From positions 35,118 through 99,117 of the forward strand of contig JBJETV010000022.1 of the NCBI GenBank assembly GCA_051883495.1: DNA of 64,000 bases. The letters are read 5' to 3'. Each line of letters starts with the position of its first letter. Position 1 is the stretch's first letter. This document shows positions 41,701 to 44,113 of the stretch, piece by piece. The DNA is from Christensenellales bacterium. GTDB lineage: Bacteria; Bacillota; Clostridia; Christensenellales; UBA1242. The position numbers and the translations under genes are program-made. Under the pieces are notes generated by a model. That model was not told where the DNA came from, made no database searches, and saw nothing but the letters and a program-made list of their open reading frames with translations.

Positions 41701-43996
41701 TCCTATAGGTTATGTTTGGAAGGAAGGACAATCAGACAAATTCTTTACCAATGCAGATAAGATTACCAATGCAACAGAACCAGGTCTAGGAGAACCTTGC
41801 AAAACATATTTGCTCACAGCTACTTATGTGGGCGAAGAAAGTTTGTTTGGCACATATGACTTAACAGTTAAGGTTTGTGTGGTTCGTGGTTCGCTGAACC
41901 TAGATAACTTTGCAAAGACATTCTATATCAACTACTCTCCAGATATTTATTACAAAGACCTTACATTCTTCAACCAAACATCTTGGCCTTGGAGTATAAA
42001 ACAAGATGGATTGTATCTTGAAGGCTGGAATGAAAAAATAGTTGCCACCAGCGAAGGTGTGGTGCTAGATATGATTTACAACCCACAACGAGCAATAGAT
42101 GGCAAAGCCCTCAAAGATGGTGGATTCCTGACTGCAGTGTATGGAAACAAGCAAAACTACAACTCGGTTACAACCACTGCGACTATCTATGTGGTGCAAG
42201 GTAAATATGACAGGGAAGAAGTGCTCACTGCAGAAGTATTGGCAGAGTTGGATATATTGCAAAACACATCTTACAAGGCTGGCAAAGACCTTGATATCCA
42301 AACACTCAACATAACTTTGCCACAAGGATTTAGTTTCAAAACACCAGAGCAAAAGATTTATATTGGAAGCAACACTGTAGAAATAATCTATCATGGCAAA
42401 GTTCTTGACGAAAATGGTCAACTTGTAGATGATCCAAACTATCAAACATATGGCGAAAGTTTGGCAGAAAGAATGACAATCACTATCAATCTTGTTGCTC
42501 CAAGCTACACATATTTCCTCACAGAAGATGGCTCACAAGATACACTGATAACTTTGCCAAATGGCGAAAGAGCAGTGCTCAGACAAAATGGCGACAGTCT
42601 TAATATCAATGGCAATGGCGTAGCAGTGTATATGGAATATTGGGACGTCTATCGTTCGGAACTAATACAAGTGATGGGCAATGCAGAGTGGCTAAACACA
42701 GCAGAACATCCAAGCGACCAAATTCTTCTATTAGTAAATGGCTCCGTTTATACAAAACAAGTGGAGTTTAGGTTCGACAGTGAATGGAGAGGAATTATTG
42801 ACCAACAAAACAGTATGATATTATCCATTAGTGTCAAGTTGGAGCAAATAAATATAGACAATCCAAATGCTGTAGTTACTTTCCCAGTGGGAGAGGAAGA
42901 TGATGAGGCAGAACAAATTTTGAGTTATCAAAATGTTCCAACATTGACAAGACTTAATGGTGTTCAATTCTCGGAGGAATTCCTTGCACAATATGGTGAA
43001 GGTATTGATGTAAAAGATGTCTTCTACGAATATGAATTGTGGCAACTAGACACACAAGGCAACCCACATCAAATGATTGGTTCTAGGAAGGAATTGCTCT
43101 CCACAGATGTTCTTGATGCCCATGGAGATTTCGACGAATATACATATTTCTACAAAGTATATGCAGTGTTTACTCGTGGCTCTTGCAACAACTTCAACTT
43201 TGGCGATTACCAGCCTTCTACTTGGCTTAAGATATATCGTTCCAATGTTACATTTGAGATAGAAAATGATGTAGAAGTAATTTACGGCGACATTGACCCA
43301 ATGAACACTGGCATAGTAGTTTTGGGCATAGAAAACCTAAACAAAGGTGAATATACTTTGGGTGTGTTTGACAAAAATAACAACAGAGTTTCGCTTGATG
43401 CACAAACTAATGCTGGAGAATATACAATAAAATTCTTCCTCAATCAGTCAAAACTAGACAAACTAACTGGCAATTATATCTTTGACAGTGCGTTTGAACA
43501 AAATGACTATACTTTGACCAAAAAGTTTACTGTATTGCAGAAAGAAATTACAGGTTATACTTTGGCAGTGGATGGTGTATTAAGGCAAACAGGTGCAAGG
43601 CTCAACGACAAGATTTCTGTGCTGTTTGATATGAGTCAATTTGTTGGTGGCGTTTTGCCAGACTATACACTGGTATTCCGCAAGAACGGAAGTATTGTTA
43701 GCAGTGTTATAGAGCAAGGCGACTATGAGGTGGAGGTTGTATTTAATGGTGACAATTATCATGCAACCGAAGTTCTAAGATTTACAGTGTTGCCACCAGA
43801 CGGAATGCAAACTCTTGTCATCGTTGCCATAGCCTTGGGTGTCGTTGCCTTGGGTGGATTGGGAGTTTTCGTAAGTGTGCGTATCAGCAGACGCAATATG
43901 CGAAAGACTATCCAAAAGCAACAAATGAAAAGAATTAAGAAAGAACTTAAATCTTTGTCAGAAAAAAAGGCAGACGACATAAAGAATAAACAATAA
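17786..43996 (+). CDS. giant surface protein 2 (8,736 aa, 26.2-kb ORF): signal peptide, four beta-helix supermodules, ~14.7 kb of MBG/Ig-like repeats, C-terminal TM anchor and basic tail
   Basis: The ORF is uninterrupted. SD AAGAGG lies 8 nt before the ATG at 17786. Signal MKNLSRKFMQVVCSSLLGVVAIMGGIMLSPNFFARQKAYA. FKNNSATNGGAIY, FESNTSSNNGGAIY, FLENTSSNGGAIY and similar. C-terminus LVIVAIALGVVALGGLGVFVSVRISRRNMRK... Confidence 0.9.
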   Translation: MKNLSRKFMQVVCSSLLGVVAIMGGIMLSPNFFARQKAYATIESSQSQDSMLGVTQEEIILNETSGASLLLNAINSMTNESKIKFENGYYASNDASKAYSFVFERDVTESDIDSWGNKFAFDGFTFKASQSFSGTNPMLTISGLQKVAFRNCSFVGNGKVEGISFVNCENVSFENCSFVDFSGKSIFSTTTRDNTTITFSGENYFANNVSNNGSILSFETANVYFNIMPDGSNFVIPSNTLFEENIATNLINVSGGSIKAINMTFANNTGRIFYISGSIVDLQDSEFSNNSNCVDNVIKIAGQQGNLMMSNLKFVNNTIVKKEIKSLPAVISIGLGGVTTGLIGNINIDNPTTFDNVVVAGDDKDTGSSFNIVGCDITGGGSAFSFDKVQSVKFIKETEETVSDYSVIANGCSGNIIEVTECKTLVLKEGNLGWLDTTETISRGIYLKDTDSATIDNVTVYNCNAGEEDGGAIYSKNSVLSLNNVKLIGNKARNGGAIAVNGGSVTLSNSVLESNGAFSSASGSELSGCGGAIYVNTATLNITATSKEGEGVNKDEKIIFKNNSATNGGAIYLTQEANFSQEVFVNEYVCPIIFESNTSSNNGGAIYSNAILNIKDSSFVGGGAGGNGGALYIDATDKQFNLEQCDFQDLYAVDGGAIYVNIAGKVEILGGSKGNKFLSCNATGEGIIYIAKAKSINMESTELSGANITGIASNGIVVFKSSADTQENTFSCDINVKDLTIKDYTTSSKGAVVVDYQGYASTVAIFDGIVVSNVYAQGESSLGGAMSFEGNVKATIYDGEFTSNYADNGGVVYANGANVTMENLEFLSNCTQQSASLNRDINGAILYANNSNISIKNATITGTVLAVNSSLITLDGSGEGNLDSIEFVNNTCYSQYSSSNDSFGLKISKEIRFSLSNGRFVANTFAKDILQFADDMNYKISDTLFEANEIKSSTVNGVLKVTNPNNIIQNCVFRDNAVNGDCAGIFISGKGYSYTIAGCQFESCKGSSGSAVRVDSRNSDVKLTLDGCVFTNNSSSDGTVYSTKELTVKNCQFINNTSTANAGAIRAEVLTVVSSTFRGNTASGNGGAIFVSSSSSQALRILDGKTEFLENTSSNGGAIYISKNTGAILSGCSFVGNQATNDGGAIYNLGSLVAEGVSFSKNISTNQTESRGGTIFSQGNLSLSDIETFEGDNTKKIANGGAIYLTSESLTKYSFYINNVKFGNFKAVNGGVLYMDNGYLKLNNCSFGSTADDIINSATSKGGVLYINSAKSSVDVFDCQFQNATAGSGAFIYTEGNSSTGDIITFNSTTFSNATDSALYLIGGKIYLHDVEVSSSSVANIILKGAYLYLSGLISIYDSGENKINVKHESGYIILIGPMSKGSKVGLTADTNKRLVQGQSLSQNQYFMNSGDAQCFVPDSNSNIALSFSFTSGVETGAIYSTLISSTSTTIVVSDFRDSVNFFEGNLEELPYSLVQVYKNGVKLDYTLSDSGCKFGDKITYEFTSYDDNSHASVEDFPTDKVKESARSYYLVNELVDQDTNTRTQKNTVIELTAEGQLTIEKLPQVDDLFVGHALSTAHLTQGRAEFGGNAIAGTFSWKDGTKTARTTAGYQLFTVVFTPTNTNLFAPVEFEMLVKVNGYDELTYKEGGFFRGESNVGTSLSDIISKMSDGGVIYLEKSIENESISVDNKTVKFVRANGFNGTMFVNSTLGSKNMTGNIIIDGAGDSFVTDEVNADPANIVLINSGSRSIYSGVTIQNHNGTDSAVAVKGGATLTIYGGEILDCVTTGNGGALSVVDNSTITIYDVTIRNCSAKLGGGLYVDSNANVTIYDAEILECSAVNGGGLYCKGDKITISNISIVSNKAIYEEAVIDSGLGGGLYFEKVPTIYQAEIKYNFAKLGGGVYIASCDSQFGLGRVGAISVYGNSAVQNGGGIYAKTSFIANGLSVSQNMVTNSGGFGGGLYIELNEADTTKQSTLSNCEFVGNIVNAGCGSAIYAYNLILNNVQVVNNGIENGSSTILGGAIYTARSLNLLNSYVSSNYAQGNPSSELGLDVKSAGLSGFDVVDSELNISNSTIANNNIYNTSGGAISANTGSQIWMQVGTGSSGGIIIADSLIQANNNEEVAINYNKMSSDKLYSKVNIVLSGKVQILGKLTVVRKDEGGEAKSESNLTLKNLSADSTVNPALDNNSNGSIIATIEGTVLKAEDYTKIFVSLGKKLKIQNDVSTTLAVDNESGSYDNKVINSSQKFDKADRNNVLSRVNVYPLNSYASDNLVMYEVYQGVVVNVTDVIADTKYGNSAEKRAILFVNYGTLIIDNLTLTAGSREGYYAIENYGTMIISASEFISAPICNEGYIEINNGTIIRNTSLTPAITNKGTVVINSGSFHGNTSGVIENLVEDAYVEINDGIFYNNASNGSVVDLQYGSAIINGGTFEHNVVQLDGTTSSLGGVIKVASGTTLQVFGGTFESNSACFGSAIYSEGNVEIYDGLFVSNFTYASDDFNGAGGAIFAKDSKVAIYGGMFEGNNGLTGGAIGAYNAIIDIFDGAKFAGNYISNVGQKGYSLGEVSFLKIIQLGAVLYAGGTSEINIFGGDFVQNGRGNGYGTVYVGDDCLLEISSGNFYENNVNAGGALYLAGSSTTTIIGGAFSNNNVSGSDGCAIYNGATLNLFGGAIYNNSDCANILSLGGTTTISGGVKIYNNTSTSSKNIISVTGSLTMNGGLISGNSADNCIVYINEGSSAKVEISGGQITGNKSKNGAVSGVTDKLTIKNTPYIFNNTNESGTKSLNVNIKCDDSSKKAYPIQLSGDLMVGSAVGIFANILPTSLDYIKAVSNSTGSINTKNLQYFSSDVNSYKLFASSQDSSFFENGKTYPFGDSSHFMFGKSNKKIDTNVFDYIASDYYGQYDGAYHSISLDFVDSNDANKYDIFYYQSSTSNLKDSDLTNVIWTSSFEPILSGKSYVYFRFNSKSDSSKTSAIDCRSILISAKEVEVVKTPTLQTTIYYNANEPLSKSYLDSWLVGGKVVDKKNHDITVGGRFEWGESSTLFNKIGINKCTVRFVPDENTYSAYSSITCTIDVFVYARELYYNGEFYVDDTFTTKLGDENVISNDNKGSDGNVIYYHNDMGSAFGALTIGGKIYVNETYIVNTTSETTWERTTDRITITRFAGFTGAIIKATDSAKLTISGAITIDGGAVWTINTSSPSSNNPYYLNDLNKPYNSGIQATSSMIEVDTNATLNIGNGAILENAENINNGGAITNHGTTFISNSTIQKNMAKNGGAIANDGALSISGDTRIQYNLANIKDKVAGDIYGYGGAIFQQNKGEAVAEATFAVTKSIISYNKSQTYGGAIAVLAGSVLFDASVSGDETEISNNNSSSATAIYSCSMVRVVGIKLFNNNLISGTSGNNISIMLVGQGERMTLDSGKQSSTTTGGSSSESTPPMIEISGQVVLVRENSSIENGESPYIRQKSMVSDNSNITVYLTAKSDSGLTVVTDIGRVLVVIENGANEEVYKAYAGNKIAIITTHKEVSDIFAPKMPDSSEPAVNTSEWKLVENGGEVEILILKSKDSTLPTDYENNQGNEDFTNNEWVRITTTYGNTYSVNIDGEDHRKISYTEKGEKLQRFDRAGQSIKEFDYVDEVEFGLKDLDTQVRIGRNIYALWTLADPIFYVQGTILDEHDNPIGDDFDASAGCSVPYGNKIKLEINILNKEEKYNYSYRWVYYDTSTTHETQRDFINPTITDQPDKLVIKHAFAYRIGVTVTVNGQGTNDEKPQERRTPIFFDNIRITPAQVELSLSNNKFTYTHNIINPIYSDGTAKTVTDDSEYNLRISKLNNDTAETPESLALPYNETICNNIMPIGTVLDKNSGENTNALNSNDYLVNIQQGIAASGGIGNKDTDNCDYFGTQDYVLINNTNKLWSITQLKLNVTKWVYAQQIGENQFKIVGDYTNAIQNISGYTFVVLPVFDNIGEDNVRFKLTTNYTNALGEHISKDIIIKYNGYTNGDVVVLENIEGSEVKADNLGYVGDVGTFTTTITDVNDYHKDENDIGDGNNNYSWSDIAKTWAITRTQAVIQNWIIGYVDGSFTGYSYTSLEGTDGNKFIQLNDTYFDSATNSVVVPDDFFYQKDGKLAVGATFINCANGMGAEIVDKLKITLSVNGRLNNGSILEQSFTYLVNLNNKGVIKSDNKSYIELFNPDVVGSVTQAGVYTITATIVQEDSEFDMASAYSYTLTVVVNRQVLQEKDNWIGSWGEAFNVYSGRYDGQQKTMTIEGVNDYTYNTYKAVENLELEEGYYTDILYYINNGDRVEKVYDAGVYITFASLPVIESYNFMLDKEYNIWTVYPRTLTVDTSNSNRQYTGALQTYEPTVSNIILGEDDREILSFSEGFRGADINETGDPYTGVITIISSNYTFGLNGVYVNTQTVNWRIIRKQLTVKWLFHYGDAKDPTAVESSGESVAVEKVYDGKTFYPVIQLSGFVTVDGTYCDHVTPSVLYYRDGNSTAIGGTFIKDSGKYYTLTSDALTGEHSMYYSLSTEVAERRITWEITKKEINIVWNETPLVYDSTTRTFGATIPSDQLCEGDNVSNFVLDFDGEYSAKGVGNYTATATIRINSDTGITNYVISSETSQKLWSILPKEVSLKFETGNSIIYDGKAHANSATIETGIFTGDNIKIVPKYYNGYNASGEPISDGSTIKNVGKYSVKFELYNADNTECKNYLVENGDISNWDIVQRKLEIDWKDRDGNIVTSLSNYQRTYNSNATTAYYVYYTINDLLEGSEQITVRFGEMGTSNNRTISLGLANVLTGQADFTNSGYFINAGSYFVEIVSIADSSGKSNFAMPDNNRFTVTVNPAQIDINRILDDNHDFDGDDWCVARFYDEAGASKNAPQYDGTEKTVYIKIKDLSGKELEVNVDYKVENSKKTNAGSYDAIVTLINRNYALGVLYVTDGENVFVQRTSVNVRWAIKARPVTFVWPENTEFEFTGSDISITVQEIQGVITRDGVKDSVGVASYYKDGNTTNVAKDITTEGYIARVKDLNNSNYTVNESVNSSVNWKIIKRKLAVNWSINNNNSVIDKTGDIWSVQFANAPRYFEPTFTNLIGGAIENPTLSAQYSAKSGSVYENILPSGIVNVGAYRCSIAISDSDYYSLEDIFGVGYFEWTISRKSVRPDWANLSLVYSASSLRPTLSLSGVFDNSIDTTSVSLIFYDSDNKVLSVAPSNVGVYGVQVDKLAFERSYSNYQILEEDNNIVSWKITKRSVSFTEYKNNGATMTYDGNAHYYFGANKDGDAGLDLISKSASMTDSQYSAILSDMNSNLFLVPVLSYVDNDGTLHVVANDFTIDSGVDANVIRANIMGLYNRCINAGVYTLSFVLYDRNGISNNYALGVSQDSYNWTINRLVATFNWLGEGDDWKVDGSTGVPYIVYDKVEHSFSATVANKVGEDDVRVGSYTDSTATNAGNYTARVTSLRGDQANNYQVDSSKAYALWTIAKRGVSITWDTGILTSSSSGLSATYSGEEIACKPTISVMEGDNVSAKVTLTSSGNPVDRAINAGTYTATVDGLNGDMSIGNYTLESIASSDKTRTWTINPKEITISFPSSGFTVDEGNRKVSTTYTGAEIAFKIDFVGVVYKDINYLLPHYQYIYVTDNVDSSSQIIRENRESNTTALLKNVNEKKEDWQNVTITLVSPDNPIIAGNYRLKSGEGSCKFVITQKRISIISWQIGSNAYNDNNPVVNAYTFDGTSKLPTPVVSGLGSETTSPLAYSYKYSKSESFLEVDSPYWQEIDESYLTHAGKFMITAKLNGKLAENNYTLDSSSLNNFRYETSKYTPTITVVPLKMGDLKVGATAEEKTTEVLVVVNSANKTLVLGAENSYVRPYGSVTLKNGSNVLNSQTLSVKDKATDGTFDKYKSYDLFKLLVIDNDDDNNFMFAVFTYTETIDAQYHPTISFAPNTNDITNDYDYASISDMEVDSNAFIPQNKAQTNPVAMYYAVGYGESVRYLKISDNLSLVDETGSALVYGNKITLYVLGGEKLDENSFGIKLYGRTEAIMSNLSASETSKEVNGIVCSISIAKMDTPDGFHTFYSNYYNGLGESEKAKNASLDAGGYVKVEITLLSTGTTYIYGYKQGGYKTVGEETTSFGEALSPKAKVVVEKKNIVLNTPDAMVNFGENNVQFIKDGSAIPYNYYSIIGTSYPSSAIGTESDWRRVDIFADSGILESDKNDIESRITPVVDNISSLNPGKNAGAVRISFVHDNYNITSYAGAVWVLSQVVESEDVQVRFKYKYVYDTTAKTILDNDVVVYVKGNLFVDYHITEIKDNISAGTAKIYIAIGVDPTGVPKASAYTSGKNGDTPISFEKTFTIDALNLDQTAYKQLGTTELYYGVMNKSLVFGDSLTTDETYTGGEIRKSLSNQIYIQNGSSGTDVAYIDTANLDYSHSANINAGVATLTITGKNNLTGRKVLTFRINPKTITTDDIGNYELSLIDGSVTGKQFVYNGGAIKPVINYIKLKDSEKTLSFDANYSYLMGDKSSIINYNGNPVDVGSYCIQVVITGDYPTRNYTGTVYLAYEIVKMSIQDNNFVTINVNDSSLVYTGYNLSPVITVMRNGKAYDSNTKEFLWQNNIAITSDFNFSYNAEHKNAGIHEVTITAKEGTNFSGSVTKTFNIQQRSLGDVSFNINSQTFTGTKITPARDNIKATLGSYILIADDYDYVSLGENINVVYNSSGVAVYGGTITASGKGNFSGSVNVQFVITPLEVTQENSNMFVVTLDKDTFEYSGEEIRPNIEAISFVVGASSYPLAMSNWTSKDLEYFNNINVPLNVSASPTIRITLSRNFTGTLDKTFEILPKEMKDGLFFVVDQTEDLQDTMTAISLNLSSTTYTGAVQNKAVALYQKFVLEDGSVEYRRIATINEGNNNLPNFKLDFVSRIIDNPTESDYAINVGSAFVKVTGQNNYSGSIYSYFNIDPLDIQSALDKWINEGEDATSNCRIMLNNYVQKVTIDDDITAFKFNASATYTGDVIIPNFVLSLLVGDSRVTLQKRATINASGDYYVGVLDGCVDVNSINVLYATGYGNYSGTAYFTFDISPMEISSILEGVSIADVEYTGSEVRLENLIFKGADGSVGLKNKNNTLSLGTDYTLNYDGSQDKINVGTKTIVIVGRNNYSSSSVSKLTFNIVPRDMSLYPEEFEFKLTSEKQYQGKNESTTLSAGDFVLKFVCGTHQETLVLFDNQTGLGNFTIKSYANNTNAGTATVVFEAIGNSNFAGSVAKQFVISPKDVSSSDDILIELPTPTSKIGSLYLYRYNMGETKPQLTISDNGESLVAEEDYEVIYSNCQRISHDIYGNMTSSNMPTATVIFKGNYVGNLSKTYGIAKIALTAEDVSYQFPQLVYTGSEIKISPLMIKMQLKETSYSKSYVFTVNDFALATGGYFEATGENINATALDGLGNFTSENKGKVKIKFTGSASNVFAGEFELEFNIERRNISDATFDRNFFTSEIYSGTYIGKDYPVTFAQQTLELDRDYTLAYRNNKDVGLATVVVSAVAGSGAHNFTGSSEITFNISPKDISSEDITFDVNDSPTYNYGSAIEVASNKLSVVMPVGGGSYNLKYVSSTSGDFEIVRYENNINAGIATIWIKGIGNFTGEKSSNFVISPVAISNVIVKNNTVAGVRSESFTGKQVELDDRTADEMSSTGSYFEVVVNGKEVLRIYNSFNSALYGYVESYQDNIHVGTATVNFKLSSNFYDSMQNITFQINPKKYVESEFVIPNIRDQVKSATPSTPIFTTDYCDGLLKFRYIDQMGNEEWLELPEYSDLGVANYTLSYINNNDYGIATVTIRFEGDFDGLAYTQFVIIKAYSPTDVTVTVTKDGNTTIAYTRGLALDDLTLYASTLATGAKLQWLNGSEKIASVGLQSYSAYYNENPEEYSDVIIQVEFMVEQGTFTEQDKQNIRERVYSDKNSELFGDYSTLYRVPYFFGLVLENVTLPIGYVWKEGQSDKFFTNADKITNATEPGLGEPCKTYLLTATYVGEESLFGTYDLTVKVCVVRGSLNLDNFAKTFYINYSPDIYYKDLTFFNQTSWPWSIKQDGLYLEGWNEKIVATSEGVVLDMIYNPQRAIDGKALKDGGFLTAVYGNKQNYNSVTTTATIYVVQGKYDREEVLTAEVLAELDILQNTSYKAGKDLDIQTLNITLPQGFSFKTPEQKIYIGSNTVEIIYHGKVLDENGQLVDDPNYQTYGESLAERMTITINLVAPSYTYFLTEDGSQDTLITLPNGERAVLRQNGDSLNINGNGVAVYMEYWDVYRSELIQVMGNAEWLNTAEHPSDQILLLVNGSVYTKQVEFRFDSEWRGIIDQQNSMILSISVKLEQINIDNPNAVVTFPVGEEDDEAEQILSYQNVPTLTRLNGVQFSEEFLAQYGEGIDVKDVFYEYELWQLDTQGNPHQMIGSRKELLSTDVLDAHGDFDEYTYFYKVYAVFTRGSCNNFNFGDYQPSTWLKIYRSNVTFEIENDVEVIYGDIDPMNTGIVVLGIENLNKGEYTLGVFDKNNNRVSLDAQTNAGEYTIKFFLNQSKLDKLTGNYIFDSAFEQNDYTLTKKFTVLQKEITGYTLAVDGVLRQTGARLNDKISVLFDMSQFVGGVLPDYTLVFRKNGSIVSSVIEQGDYEVEVVFNGDNYHATEVLRFTVLPPDGMQTLVIVAIALGVVALGGLGVFVSVRISRRNMRKTIQKQQMKRIKKELKSLSEKKADDIKNKQ
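18150..28300 (+). other. region of giant gene 2 encoding four parallel beta-helix (PbH1/Pmp-like) modules separated by Ig-like 'G(T/R)F-x-W' domains (boundaries approximate)
   Basis: Helix blocks at ~18.15-21.8, 22.9-24.4, 24.7-26.25 and 27.2-28.3 kb. Ig-like segments GTFSWKDGTKTARTTAGYQLFTVVFTP (~22.56-22.70 kb) and GGRFEWGESSTLFNKIGINKCTVRFVP (~26.88-27.02 kb). Confidence 0.55.
29128..43800 (+). repeat. protein-level tandem array of diverged ~95-110-aa MBG/Ig-like repeats inside giant gene 2 (boundaries approximate)
   Basis: Recurrent unit boundaries include NY...W-x-I-x-(K/R)-(K/R)-x-(L/V)-x-(V/I) (WRIIRKQLTVKW, WEITKKEINIVW, WSILPKEVSLKF, WKITKRSVSF). Later ones follow GxxNFSGS...F-x-I-x-P-x-x-(I/V) followed by YTG-x-EI-x-P. 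I saw no long identical DNA repeats. Confidence 0.65.
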
Positions 43997-44002
43997 CAAA
44001 AG

Positions 44003-44031
44003 ATGGGAGAATTAACTTTCTCCCATTTTTT
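44003..44031 (+). terminator. strong intrinsic terminator directly after giant gene 2
   Basis: Perfect 9-bp stem ATGGGAGAA (44003-44011) / TTCTCCCAT (44018-44026), loop ttaact, then T6. Confidence 0.75.
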
Positions 44032-44060
44032 GGTCAAAATGCCAAAAGTATGGGCGACTA

Positions 44061-44089
44061 TTGACAAATCACCACCGAGGATATATAAT
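44061..44089 (+). promoter_or_regulatory. consensus sigma-A promoter of the GLUG-repeat gene (TTGACA-N17-TATAAT)
   Basis: TTGACA at 44061-44066, exactly 17 nt of spacer, TATAAT at 44084-44089. GGAGGG SD at 44103-44108. Confidence 0.6.
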
Positions 44090-44113
44090 ACACTCAACAA
44101 ATGGAGGGAAAAT

